Source: Pseudobdellovibrionaceae bacterium (GTDB taxonomy: Bacteria > Bdellovibrionota > Bdellovibrionia > Bdellovibrionales > Bdellovibrionaceae). Taken from it: DNA of 64,000 bases. Under the pieces are notes generated by a model. That model had not been told where the DNA came from. It made no database searches and worked only from the letters and a program-made list of their open reading frames with translations. Within the stretch, counting starts at the first letter, position 1, and every line of letters begins with the position of its first letter. Below, piece after piece: positions 8,874-18,738 of this stretch. The stretch is taken from positions 1 to 64,000 of the forward strand of contig JBIKLL010000003.1 of the NCBI GenBank assembly GCA_044359815.1. Direction: 5' to 3'. Made by a program: the position numbers and the translations under genes.

Positions 8874-9737
8874 TTAAAATTTTCCTGGCAAAGTCACCGT
8901 CACTGTTTTGTCCTTCAGATAAATTCCGGCAGCCAGAGCTCCGACGACAGCCAACCATTTCCAATTCAAAAACTCATCGCGAGTGGGTTTAAAAGCAGTG
9001 GTAAAATTGTTCTGCTGGCCCAGCGGGTAACTCATTAGGCAAAAATTCGGAAACAGCACCTCAAATTCTACAATCGGAAACTCGACATCTTTGTTATGAC
9101 AGGTTTTAAAAGGATCCTCCGGAAGACTTAAATCTGAAATTAATTTTTCAAACTCTCCGGCTGTGGCTAATTTTATAATTGGCGTTGTTGTGTCCGCGAC
9201 GACAACAAATTGATACTGCGCTTTTGGATTCAGAGACTTTACCAGTTCTAAATCCACACCATTGATCAGTATTTCTGCTCTTTCAAAACCAAACTGTTTC
9301 CTAAGTTTTCGTTTAAAATATTGGATTTGGTCTGCCCTGAAATTATTTTCTGAGTTCCAGCTGATCAGCCCCAGGTAAAAGGCATTATATTTTTCTAAGT
9401 CAGTTTCATGTGATTGCATTTTCTCAAACAAATACTCCAGCATTTCTTGGCTGTTTTGATTCAATGGGGATTGCAGGGTCGTATCGATTCCGTCAATGCA
9501 GGTTTTTGACAAACGTTTTTTTGATTTTGAATGGGATAAACAGAATTCTATGTCAGTTGTTTGATTCAGGTCATTTTGTATCTGTGCTTTTTGCCAGATC
9601 ACAAAATCTTCCGCGGTTGGATTTTGTTGCAGATATTTTTGAAACTCATCCACTGTGGCTTTTGGATGCCTGATTACAGGTTTTGCAGACGCAGCTATGA
9701 CAAAGGCCAGAGCTATTAAAAAAATAAAAGTTTTCAT
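8874..9737 (-). CDS. Hypothetical exported protein with C-terminal hydrophobic segment
   Basis: 287 aa ORF with signal peptide; last gene of the flp operon. Confidence 0.75.
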   Translation of the reverse strand: MKTFIFLIALAFVIAASAKPVIRHPKATVDEFQKYLQQNPTAEDFVIWQKAQIQNDLNQTTDIEFCLSHSKSKKRLSKTCIDGIDTTLQSPLNQNSQEMLEYLFEKMQSHETDLEKYNAFYLGLISWNSENNFRADQIQYFKRKLRKQFGFERAEILINGVDLELVKSLNPKAQYQFVVVADTTTPIIKLATAGEFEKLISDLSLPEDPFKTCHNKDVEFPIVEFEVLFPNFCLMSYPLGQQNNFTTAFKPTRDEFLNWKWLAVVGALAAGIYLKDKTVTVTLPGKF

Positions 9738-9739
9738 GT

Positions 9740-10234
9740 CTAGTCCACCATTCTGATTCTGGATTTTCGAACATTTGAGCTAAATTCTGTACTGACAGGT
9801 TCACCATTGGGGTTTTGGATAGCTACATAAAAAGGTCCTTCATACTGCATCAGGTTTTTGAGTTTTTCATCTGGCAAAACTGCGCCAAATTTTGTTGGAT
9901 TCACTGTGGATCTGACCAGCCGGATTTGTTTACCAATCACGATTCCGCCTTTTTGATTGGCAGTTTTAACCGTGAACAATGTAGCCAATGTGTATTCGCC
10001 AACCATTCCATCAATGGCTTCGATGTTTATAATATCAATTGGGACCAGCGTTAAGCCCTTGGGGATTTGGGTGTCGATGGTCGACAGCAATGGCGCTTGT
10101 TCTGGGGACTGAGCTCCGCTGACCGCGCCCAATATGATCACCGCAGCCACTGACAGAATCAGCAAAGATTTTTCGGGATATTTTTTGGCCCAGGCCAGTA
10201 GTTTTTCAGCATGGATTTTAATTTCTGATTTCAT
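9740..10234 (-). CDS. CpaB/RcpC-like Flp pilus assembly protein
   Basis: N-terminal TM, then IPKGLTLVPIDIINIEAIDGMV resembling the CpaB signature; Tad context. Confidence 0.55.
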   Translation of the reverse strand: MKSEIKIHAEKLLAWAKKYPEKSLLILSVAAVIILGAVSGAQSPEQAPLLSTIDTQIPKGLTLVPIDIINIEAIDGMVGEYTLATLFTVKTANQKGGIVIGKQIRLVRSTVNPTKFGAVLPDEKLKNLMQYEGPFYVAIQNPNGEPVSTEFSSNVRKSRIRMVD

Positions 10235-10415
10235 AGGTTTCTCCTGGCAGTGTGTGTTGTTTTAATACTTCACGGGAACCATCAGCCAGAAACTGAGCCG
10301 ACCAGATAAATGCAAACAGAATCGTAAAAAACAGTATTGATTCCATCAGTACTTGGCCTCGTTCGCTGACACTTGCAAATTGTTTGAACGTTTTTTTAAT
10401 GTGGTCACTGTGCAT
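10218..10415 (-). CDS. Small TadE-like pseudopilin
   Basis: Class III signal motif SERG|QVLME followed by a hydrophobic helix. Confidence 0.65.
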   Translation of the reverse strand: MHSDHIKKTFKQFASVSERGQVLMESILFFTILFAFIWSAQFLADGSREVLKQHTLPGETYEIRN

Positions 10416-11119
10416 GTTTCCTCCTGTGATTTAAGTTTTAGGTCTTTGAAACTAAAAAAGCTCTTGAAGTTGTATTTGAAATAAATTGTTTGTTCCTGCA
10501 TTGAGCTGATCGCTTTATTGATTTTGTAGTTGGGAGCCACTGGCTTTTTACCAGTTCGGGTTACAGCTGTTTTTGGATTAGATTTAATAATTACAAAATG
10601 GTTGTTACTTATTTTTTTAGCCAATGCATTTGTATTGAAAAAATTCTTGATCTTTTTCTGTGTGTTTTGCAGTTCAGTTGTCAGAATCTGATCAGATCTT
10701 TTGATCAAACTGGTTTGTTCAGCATCCAGTTTTTGCAACTGCCTGTTGGCATCTAACAGTTTCTTTCTGGCATAGGCTATCATCAGTGGATTTCCTGACA
10801 GTTTGGCTTCCAGGTATTCCAGCTCAGCAATGTCTTTGTTTAAATGATAAAGATCTGATTCACTATTTTTTAGCAGCAGTTGCTGAATCAGGTTCTGTGA
10901 CTGGCTCTGTGATCCAATCAGTGTTGATCTGCAGTGAAACATCGCTGCGTTTTTCAACAAGGCAGCTCCCAAGTATTCAGTGATCAGAACAAAAAGGGTT
11001 GAAGCAATGATCAAAAACAAAACTGTGATTGTAGTAAAACCTTTTTGATCGTTAGCAGAGTGAGCTTTTGATTTTTGATGGGTGAGCTGGCTTACTGCCA
11101 AAAAGTTTTGTTTTTCCAT
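10346..11119 (-). CDS. Pilin-like (TadG-like) protein
   Basis: DQKG|FTTITVLFLIIA prepilin-like motif; operon context. Confidence 0.6.
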   Translation of the reverse strand: MEKQNFLAVSQLTHQKSKAHSANDQKGFTTITVLFLIIASTLFVLITEYLGAALLKNAAMFHCRSTLIGSQSQSQNLIQQLLLKNSESDLYHLNKDIAELEYLEAKLSGNPLMIAYARKKLLDANRQLQKLDAEQTSLIKRSDQILTTELQNTQKKIKNFFNTNALAKKISNNHFVIIKSNPKTAVTRTGKKPVAPNYKINKAISSMQEQTIYFKYNFKSFFSFKDLKLKSQEETCTVTTLKKRSNNLQVSANEAKY

Positions 11120-11122
11120 TGG

Positions 11123-11527
11123 CTAATCAGGTTTGATTGATTTGTTGATTTGGTATTGACCCTTAAAGGGCAGTTCGATCGAAAGGCTGGCGTAATTAAC
11201 TGAACCTCTGTATGCATACTTTAGTTTCAATACCTTGGAGCCTGGGATGTGATTTTCAATTTTGCGCAGGTAATCCTGATAGCAATGAGTTGTTTTTGTC
11301 TTCTGATTGCAGAAAATGTATTCCTGCAGCAACAAATCTGAAACATTGGTTATCCAAACTTTTGATATCAACAATCCCGCAAATGCAGTTGCGACAACCA
11401 GTCCACAGGAAGAAACCAGTATAAATTCAAGCAAAGACTGACCCTTGCAATTTTTTAACTGATTCAGCAAAGGCATTGTCTGGGATTTTGTAGTAGCTTC
11501 TATGGGATTTGTAATTGTCAGGTTCAT
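11123..11527 (-). CDS. TadE-like pseudopilin
   Basis: KG|QSLLEFILV prepilin motif. Confidence 0.7.
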   Translation of the reverse strand: MNLTITNPIEATTKSQTMPLLNQLKNCKGQSLLEFILVSSCGLVVATAFAGLLISKVWITNVSDLLLQEYIFCNQKTKTTHCYQDYLRKIENHIPGSKVLKLKYAYRGSVNYASLSIELPFKGQYQINKSIKPD

Positions 11528-11529
11528 TA

Positions 11530-11796
11530 TTATTTTCTGTTCTGTGCGTTGGGTTTGCTGAGTGTTCCTGACAGAAAATCGCGGAAATCACGTTTTTTGT
11601 AAGTGTCTGTTTGCACAGGCGCGGCTTCACGGTCGCCTTCGACGGTTGCGCCCATTGAATAAGCCACATCGGCAAATTTAGCCTGAATGTTTTGACTGAC
11701 CCCACGTATGATGGCGATGCTGGCCACTGCGATCAGTGCTACCAATATCAAGTACTCAACCAAGCCCTGACCTTTTTGATTTTTCAATGACTTCAT
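11530..11796 (-). CDS. flp: Flp family type IVb pilin
   Basis: KG|QGLVEYLILVALIAV Flp motif; GGAGG RBS. Confidence 0.9.
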   Translation of the reverse strand: MKSLKNQKGQGLVEYLILVALIAVASIAIIRGVSQNIQAKFADVAYSMGATVEGDREAAPVQTDTYKKRDFRDFLSGTLSKPNAQNRK

Positions 11797-11850
11797 AATG
11801 CCTCCTGTTGTTGTTGATGCAATTGCTTGCGATCTTTAACAGGTGTGCAT

Positions 11851-11866
11851 TTCAATAAACTGGCCA
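11851..11866 (-). promoter_or_regulatory. Sigma-54-like motif upstream of flp
   Basis: TGGCCAGTTTATTGAA on the minus strand, 55 bp upstream of flp ATG. Confidence 0.4.
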
Positions 11867-11911
11867 GATAGGCCGCAGATTATTTATGAGATGGTGTCCG
11901 AAATCCGAAAT

Positions 11912-12493
11912 CTATTTCTTTTTACCCTTAGATTTTCCGGATTTTGCGGACGGCTTTGCCTTTGCGGATTTGGCTGGTTTTGCAGCCTTTGCTTTTGGCT
12001 TAGCGGCCTTTGATTTTTGTTTTTTCAACTGGTCAGCTTGTTTTTTGGCTTCTTTTTTAGCCTTTTCTTTTTCTTTTTGCTGAGCTTTCTTGGCTAATTC
12101 TTTTTCCTTCATCAGACGAGCTTTTTCCTTGGCCTTTTCTTTTTCAAGGCGAGCTCTTTCCTGCGCTTCGGCTTTAGCTTTTTGAACAGCCATTTTTTCA
12201 GCCAATTTAGCTTGGCGTTTTTCTTCGGCTATTTTTGCACGGGCTTCTTCTGCAGCTTTTTTAGCTACGGCTTTAATCTGAGCCTTTTCAGCCTGTTTGC
12301 GGGCTTTTCGCTCTGCGATGATACGGTCCAGAATTTCAAAAGCTTCTTTTTGCAGGTCATTTTCGTAAATAAACCGGTAAAAACCCTCAACCTCAGGACT
12401 TTGACGAAATTTTTTTAGCGAAGTCGGCAAATTTTCAGATGTGACAAAGTCAATCGAACTACCGTCTTTGGACAGTTTTACTTTTTCAGACAT
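11912..12493 (-). CDS. Hypothetical protein with Lys/Ala-rich histone H1-like tail
   Basis: Small globular N-terminus, charged coiled coil, KAAKPKAKAAKPAK tail; GGAGG RBS. Confidence 0.8.
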   Translation of the reverse strand: MSEKVKLSKDGSSIDFVTSENLPTSLKKFRQSPEVEGFYRFIYENDLQKEAFEILDRIIAERKARKQAEKAQIKAVAKKAAEEARAKIAEEKRQAKLAEKMAVQKAKAEAQERARLEKEKAKEKARLMKEKELAKKAQQKEKEKAKKEAKKQADQLKKQKSKAAKPKAKAAKPAKSAKAKPSAKSGKSKGKKK

Positions 12494-12590
12494 GAAGCCT
12501 CCGAGTATTGGTCCTCTTGATCTAATGCACTAAAAACTTCTGGTCAAGAACAGGATTGAACATACCAGGCAATTTTGAGAAGTTTATGAC

Positions 12591-13448
12591 ATGTTGATTT
12601 TAGATGGCAAAAAAGTATCAGAATCTAGGCGCAATGACCTTAAAAACAAGGTCCAAGAGTTCGTAAACAAATACAAGCGTAAGCCCTGTTTGGCCGTCAT
12701 GCTGATAGGGGACGATCCTGCTAGCCACGTTTATGTCAGAAATAAAATCAAGGCCTGCGAATTTGTCGGTATCGATTCGGTCAAAGTGCAGCTGGGAGTG
12801 GAAACCACTCAAGCGCAACTGGAAACCCAGCTCAATAAACTGAACATGGACACTGCGGTTGATGGGATATTGGTTCAAATGCCCCTGCCAAAACATCTGA
12901 ATGAAGCCAGAGTCCTTGAGCTGACATCGCCGTTAAAGGACGTGGATGGCTTTGGATATTTGAATCAGGGTTTGTTGGTGGCAGGGTTGGCCAAGGTCGC
13001 CGCCTGCACTCCGCAGGGAGTGATAAATATTTTAGATTTTTATCAGATTCCTATAGCGGGCAAAAACTGCGTTGTTGTTGGTCGCAGTCAGATCGTCGGA
13101 AAGCCCATGGCGTTGTTGCTGCTTCAGCGAAATGCCACGGTCACAGTTTGCCATTCAAAAACCAATGATCTGAGAAGCTTCACTAAGAATGCTGATATTG
13201 TTGTGGCAGCAGCTGGGCAAAAGCACCTGCTGGGTAAAGATGATTTTAAAAAAGGCGCCGTCGTTATCGATGTGGGGATTCATGGATCGGGTAAGCCAAA
13301 CGAAAAACTGTGTGGCGACGTTAGATTTGACGAATTACATGATTGGGCATTTGCGGCCACACCAGTGCCTGGCGGTGTAGGGCCGATGACAATCACAACC
13401 TTACTGGAAAACACTTTGACCCTAGCCAATTTGAGGATGACTAAATGA
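12591..13448 (+). CDS. folD: Methylenetetrahydrofolate dehydrogenase/cyclohydrolase
   Basis: KDVDG, GRSQIVGKP, TPVPGGVGPMT motifs. Confidence 0.97.
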   Translation: MLILDGKKVSESRRNDLKNKVQEFVNKYKRKPCLAVMLIGDDPASHVYVRNKIKACEFVGIDSVKVQLGVETTQAQLETQLNKLNMDTAVDGILVQMPLPKHLNEARVLELTSPLKDVDGFGYLNQGLLVAGLAKVAACTPQGVINILDFYQIPIAGKNCVVVGRSQIVGKPMALLLLQRNATVTVCHSKTNDLRSFTKNADIVVAAAGQKHLLGKDDFKKGAVVIDVGIHGSGKPNEKLCGDVRFDELHDWAFAATPVPGGVGPMTITTLLENTLTLANLRMTK

Positions 13449-14434
13449 GATTTTTGTTTGTGTTTTTGTTTTCGGTAAATGCTTTTGCTTTTGAATTTAT
13501 CAATAAGGGCGTGGTTTCATTTGAGCGTAAGGGCACGGGTGGAATATCGGGGATTCATTTCAATAAAAATGATGGATTTCTGTACGCCATTTCTGATGAC
13601 AGAGGTCACCCTAGGATTTTTAAATTTAAAATTGAACTAGAACCCACGCCCACAGTGATTTTCATTGATGAAATCAAAATCAAACTTAAAAAAAGCAATG
13701 ACTCAATTGATGCCGAAGGGATTTCATTTTTACCTTGGGGAAATTTTTTAATCAGCACCGAGGGTGATGCCAATAAAAAACCCAGGATTGCGCCAAAACT
13801 TTTGGACATTAAAGCCGATGGCGCCTATCTGCGGGATTATGATTTCCCCAAAGAATATAATCCGGACAGAACTGGCAAACAAGTCAGCGGCGTCAGAAAT
13901 AATTATGGTTTTGAAGGTCTCAGTAAACATCCCACTCAGGATTTGTGGTTGGCGGGCTTGGAGTCACAGTTAATGCAAGATCCCCCTGGGATTGTTCGCT
14001 TGGTACAGTATTCAATGCCCGAAGCCTGGGTGATAAAACCCTTAAGCGCTTTTGCCTATCCCTTGGCTGCAGATTCCAAGGACATCCGTCATGGTTTGTC
14101 GGACCTGTTGTGGCTGACGGATAAAAAACTGCTTGTTCTAGAGCGTGGAGCTTTGGTTTCAGTAAAAGGGCTAGAGTTTAAAAATGAACTTTATTTTTAT
14201 GACCTGACTAATGCCGAAAATATTTTGGATAAACAGAAACTGGAGCCCACTGTAAAAATGGGTGTTAAAAATAAAGCCACTGACATCACTGGCACTAAAC
14301 AAAATTTAGAGGGCATAACTTTAGGTCCGCGGTTTAAAGATGGTTCAGAGAGTTTGATTTTAGTCAGTGATGATAATTTTAATAAAATGCTGAAAACCGA
14401 ATTTATTTTTTATTCTTACCGAGCGGACAAATAA
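13445..14434 (+). CDS. Esterase-like activity of phytase family protein
   Basis: GGISGI, AISDDRG, DAEGI, NNYGFEGL, NLEGITLGP, LVSDDNF. Confidence 0.85.
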   Translation: MRFLFVFLFSVNAFAFEFINKGVVSFERKGTGGISGIHFNKNDGFLYAISDDRGHPRIFKFKIELEPTPTVIFIDEIKIKLKKSNDSIDAEGISFLPWGNFLISTEGDANKKPRIAPKLLDIKADGAYLRDYDFPKEYNPDRTGKQVSGVRNNYGFEGLSKHPTQDLWLAGLESQLMQDPPGIVRLVQYSMPEAWVIKPLSAFAYPLAADSKDIRHGLSDLLWLTDKKLLVLERGALVSVKGLEFKNELYFYDLTNAENILDKQKLEPTVKMGVKNKATDITGTKQNLEGITLGPRFKDGSESLILVSDDNFNKMLKTEFIFYSYRADK

Positions 14435-15700
14435 GTGATCACATGGATGATCAAGCCCAAGCGGGACATCAGGGCCAAGGCTCGTCACCCTTGGGTTTTT
14501 AACAGCGAAATCCAATCGCAAATAAAAAACGTTCAACCAGGATCATTGGTGAAACTCACCGACAACAAGGGGCAGTTTATCTGCAGTGGGTATGGCAATC
14601 CCAAATCACAAATTTGCTTCAGGGGACTGAGCTGGGGCAAGGACGAAATCACAGCTGATTGGATACAAAACAAAATCGTACAGGCATTTTTACACAGAAA
14701 GCGATTGGGAATATCTGCAAGCTTTAGGGCTGTGTATTCGGAAGCCGATAGCCTGTCAGGATTAATTGTTGATTGCTATCAACTAAGACAGAATGGCCGC
14801 GAATCCTATTGTTTGTCAGTGCAGGTGCTGACAGCTGGAATGAAAAACCTGGGCCTAGAATCCGCCCAGTTTTGGAAGGCAGTGATTGAAAAACTGTCCC
14901 TGCAATTTGAAGTTAAAACCTGGGATGTTGTTATCAGAAAGGACTCACCATTCAGAAAGCAAGAAGGCTTAGCCGTTGAGTCCACTGTGGTGATAATTAA
15001 AAATTCTGAGTTTGATTTGCAAAATGCTTCAGCTGTTCATCCGATTTTGACCCAAATCACTGTTCAAACAGATTTGGTCACAGGGCAGAAAACAGGATTT
15101 TTTTTGGATCAGGCTGCCAATATAAAAAATCTGTTGGGCATATTGAAAGCCAAGACTTGGCCACAAAAAAGCTTACGGCTGCTGGATGTTTGCAGTCATA
15201 CGGGCCAATGGAGCCTGTGTGTGTCTGTGTTTATGAAATCTTTGGGGATTGAAGTTCAGCCTACCTTGATTGATATTTCCGAACAGGCTTTACAAATGGC
15301 AGGGGCCAGTTTGCAAGAACATGGTATCAAATCAACATTGATCACCATGGATGCATTGGACACTTGGGATCAGATTGAAAATCAGAAATTTGATATTGTG
15401 ATTGTGGACCCACCTGCATTTGCAAAAGGTAAAACAGACACGCCCCAGGCAATCCATGCTTATATGAAAATCAATGCGGCGGCTTTGGACCGAACGCAGT
15501 TTCAGGGAATTTTAGTCAGTTGCAGTTGTTCTGGTGTGATTTCTGAACAGGATTTGATCGGGGCTTTGGGTAAGGCCAGTCGGCGATCGAATCGATCACT
15601 CAAAATTATTTCGGTCACTGGCCACGGTCTGGATCATCCACTGATTCCTGAATTTCCCGAAGGCAAGTACCTAAAATGCATCACATCGGAAGTTCAGTAA
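14435..15700 (+). CDS. Class I SAM-dependent rRNA methyltransferase (RlmI-like)
   Basis: HPWVF PUA start, GQKTGFFLDQ, IVDPPAF, SCS, PEGKYLK. Confidence 0.88.
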   Translation: MITWMIKPKRDIRAKARHPWVFNSEIQSQIKNVQPGSLVKLTDNKGQFICSGYGNPKSQICFRGLSWGKDEITADWIQNKIVQAFLHRKRLGISASFRAVYSEADSLSGLIVDCYQLRQNGRESYCLSVQVLTAGMKNLGLESAQFWKAVIEKLSLQFEVKTWDVVIRKDSPFRKQEGLAVESTVVIIKNSEFDLQNASAVHPILTQITVQTDLVTGQKTGFFLDQAANIKNLLGILKAKTWPQKSLRLLDVCSHTGQWSLCVSVFMKSLGIEVQPTLIDISEQALQMAGASLQEHGIKSTLITMDALDTWDQIENQKFDIVIVDPPAFAKGKTDTPQAIHAYMKINAAALDRTQFQGILVSCSCSGVISEQDLIGALGKASRRSNRSLKIISVTGHGLDHPLIPEFPEGKYLKCITSEVQ

Positions 15701-16643
15701 GAGGTTGGGTGTGCCCATTCCTGTCAGATTGATTGCGCTTTTCAATCAAAGTATTCATTTTGGAAACGTACTCACGCAGGTTTAAATTTTCTTGTTTGTA
15801 CAAATTAACCTGAGTCAGAGCTTTTTGCAGATGCGAATAATAATCCTGACATTCAATCGATTTGCGATCCAAATCGACTTTCAGCTCGATGATTTTCTTT
15901 TCGGCAACTTCAGAAAGTCTTTGGATGGTTTCAGTTTGCTGACATTGAAATTTGTCGAATTCTTGAAATTCGCTGTTAACTTCGTTGAGTTTGTCTTCTT
16001 TGACTTTCAGTTCGGCACGAAGCTTGTCGATCATTTGATCTTGTTCCTGCATCAATTGAGTCGCGCGATCCAGCTCAGATTTAAGAATTTGTTCACGGTT
16101 TGTGGCCTCGGCATTTGTGCTTTGAACAGAATCTTTTGCCTTATCCAGTTCTGATCTGATTTCATCATTCAACGCTTGCGATAATTCCAGTTCATTCTGC
16201 AATCCTTTGACCTTGTCATTCATAAACTGAGAATACTTTTTTTCCTCGTTAATCATGGCATTGGATTTTGATCTGCTTTCTTCCAATTCAAACTGTAGCT
16301 TCAGGTTTAGCTCTAAAGCCTTGGCTAAATCCGAGCTTAGTTTGGCATTGGTTTCACGCTCTTGTACCAAGAATTGCGAAGCTTTTTCGTAGTCATTTTC
16401 CAGGTCAGAATTAGTGTGAGAAATCTCATCAAAAGATTTAATTTTATCTTGAATTTGACTGTAGGCTAATTTGAGCTCGTCTTGTGATCGCTTGAGTTGT
16501 TGTTGCATTCTTTCAATTTTCTCCATTGGGTGATTGCCATGAACAAAGTCTTCACGGTGGCTGAGCTCTTTTAATTTTTTGCAGATTTCATCGAACAGTC
16601 TTTCATGTTCGGGTACAGATTTTTTATGCAGATCGATTTCCAT
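15681..16643 (-). CDS. Long coiled-coil hypothetical protein
   Basis: Heptad-rich E/K/Q sequence; ATG 16643 with AAGGAAG upstream. Confidence 0.75.
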   Translation of the reverse strand: MEIDLHKKSVPEHERLFDEICKKLKELSHREDFVHGNHPMEKIERMQQQLKRSQDELKLAYSQIQDKIKSFDEISHTNSDLENDYEKASQFLVQERETNAKLSSDLAKALELNLKLQFELEESRSKSNAMINEEKKYSQFMNDKVKGLQNELELSQALNDEIRSELDKAKDSVQSTNAEATNREQILKSELDRATQLMQEQDQMIDKLRAELKVKEDKLNEVNSEFQEFDKFQCQQTETIQRLSEVAEKKIIELKVDLDRKSIECQDYYSHLQKALTQVNLYKQENLNLREYVSKMNTLIEKRNQSDRNGHTQPLTELPM

Positions 16644-16816
16644 ATTACACTTCCTTGTGTGGAATCTATTATGTCTAACCTTTTGACATCTATCAAACAC
16701 AAATGTCACTTCACCCAATAGATGATTAAAACTGCTGGCAAATTGGGCTTTATCTGGTTCACAACCCATTCGGGTTGGCATTACTGATGCTCTAGTAATC
16801 TGACAGAGAGGAACCC

Positions 16817-17938
16817 ATGAGCAATCGTTTTTTTGCTTTTATATTCATCGCTTCAGGAGCTGTATTCATTTACATGCTTGGAATGGTAGTGATGCGCACA
16901 GGGGTTTCGTCTCAGAATGAGACAGAGTTTGAATACAACATGCCCAGGCCGCAATCACAGCTGAGTGATTTTGATCTGTCTGACCGAGACATTGAAACAA
17001 TAAAAATTAACAAGCAAAAACAAACTCAAGCAGGAGCGGTTACGGAACATAAGTTGATCCCGCTGCCTGACAAAGATGCAAAAAAGAAAGAAGAGCAAAA
17101 AAAGGCTGAAGCTAAAAAGCGAGCCGAGGCTCAAAAGAAGGCTTTAGCTGCCCAAAAGAAAATGCAGATTCAAATCAGTAATTCAAAAGACAAATCTTGG
17201 TCAGTTAGTGAATCAGGCAACACCAAGGGTTCCGAATACCAGGGGCGCAGAGGTGGCAACTATAACTACACCAAGCCTAAAAATGAAATTGAAGCCAATG
17301 ATTCAAAACCACAAAAAGAAAAAATAAACTGGCTTGAAATTTTGATGGCACAGCCTACAAAAGACAACGCTAATAAAATGCTAGCTTCCTTTGCCGAAGG
17401 TGAAACTGCCAGAGCTGATTATTTTCAAGTTGCCACAGCCTTACTAAAAGACAATGGCAATAACCGACACGAGATGGGTTTGTATCTATTGTCCAAGGCT
17501 CAGGGGCCAGAGGCATTGATGGCGTTAATTGATTATTCTTCTAATCTTGAAGAGGCCGAAAAAACCGAGATTCAGCAGAACCATATAAATAATTACGCTC
17601 AAGCAGCTTTTTATCCTGTGATTGCAAGCTTGGTATCTAATCCTGCATATTCAGAAGAAGCTCTCAGATTAGCCAGCTTTGCTGTTGTGAAAATGTCTAG
17701 CTTGCAACCAAACGCCGGTCCAACCAGAGGCGGAATCAACCGAACATTTATGTCGGCTTCGCAAAATTCGCAGTTTCAACCGTTGAAAGTTTTTTTAACT
17801 CCATTGAACGGATTGGTTCAAAAGAACGCCGATGAAAGCTCGGTCAGCCTGGCAAAAACCTTGATCAATCAGATCAATCAATTGCTACAGATTAATTCTG
17901 CAACCAGCAGAACTGCAGAAGAATCTGCAAATCCCTGA
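16817..17938 (+). CDS. Membrane-anchored hypothetical protein
   Basis: 373 aa; N-terminal TM, K/E/A-rich linker, helical C-domain; GAGG RBS. Confidence 0.75.
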   Translation: MSNRFFAFIFIASGAVFIYMLGMVVMRTGVSSQNETEFEYNMPRPQSQLSDFDLSDRDIETIKINKQKQTQAGAVTEHKLIPLPDKDAKKKEEQKKAEAKKRAEAQKKALAAQKKMQIQISNSKDKSWSVSESGNTKGSEYQGRRGGNYNYTKPKNEIEANDSKPQKEKINWLEILMAQPTKDNANKMLASFAEGETARADYFQVATALLKDNGNNRHEMGLYLLSKAQGPEALMALIDYSSNLEEAEKTEIQQNHINNYAQAAFYPVIASLVSNPAYSEEALRLASFAVVKMSSLQPNAGPTRGGINRTFMSASQNSQFQPLKVFLTPLNGLVQKNADESSVSLAKTLINQINQLLQINSATSRTAEESANP

Positions 17939-18003
17939 TCATTTATTTGTACAATTATAAGAGCTGGACATTTTGCCTTGCCGTATTAGTATAGTACCTA
18001 GCT

Positions 18004-18738
18004 ATGTTGAAGGTTTTAGTATTTTTATTTTTAACCGAAATCGCAGTCGCCAGGATTGATTTTCCCACCGGCATGAACTCCAAAGACCGCATCGCGGTCA
18101 TGCAAATTTTAGGATTTGGTTCAGCAACAAAATTATTAAGCAACCCGTATCCGTTGGGCGGCTATCATGGGATTGAGATTGGTCTTTCGACCGACGTGAT
18201 CTCAACAGAACAAATCGGCAATTTAGGAAACAAGGCTCGCTCCCGTGATCAATTAAGCTTTACCAGTGTCACTGTCGGCAAGGGACTGTACAGCGATGTG
18301 GATGTGTTTTTTCAGTTCACTCCATTTATTGAATCAGATAGCGTTTCGGCCATAGGCGGGCAGATAAGATATGGTTTTTTCGAAGCCAGTTATTTACCCA
18401 TTCACTTGAGTATTGTTCTGCATGGTAACAGCGTTAATTTTCAGAATCAGTATGTGGCAGATAATTTTGGCAGTGATTTTGTTGGTGGCATCAGTGTTCA
18501 AGACGTAACCCTGTACGCAGGGTTTGGGTTTGCAACTACTTATGGAAGATTTTTGGGGATGGGGGGCACGGATTCGCAGGGGAATCTGCTGACCAATCAG
18601 GAAACAGTCAAGGAATCCTATTTTAGCATCCACCGTCTGGCAGGGATTCAGGTCAATTTGGGCGAAATGTTTTTATCATTCCAAATAGACCGCTATGTCG
18701 AGGCCACCTTCGCCGCCAAGCTAGGCTACCGTTTTTAA
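18004..18738 (+). CDS. Putative outer-membrane beta-barrel protein
   Basis: Signal peptide, alternating beta pattern, C-terminal LGYRF. Confidence 0.7.
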   Translation: MLKVLVFLFLTEIAVARIDFPTGMNSKDRIAVMQILGFGSATKLLSNPYPLGGYHGIEIGLSTDVISTEQIGNLGNKARSRDQLSFTSVTVGKGLYSDVDVFFQFTPFIESDSVSAIGGQIRYGFFEASYLPIHLSIVLHGNSVNFQNQYVADNFGSDFVGGISVQDVTLYAGFGFATTYGRFLGMGGTDSQGNLLTNQETVKESYFSIHRLAGIQVNLGEMFLSFQIDRYVEATFAAKLGYRF

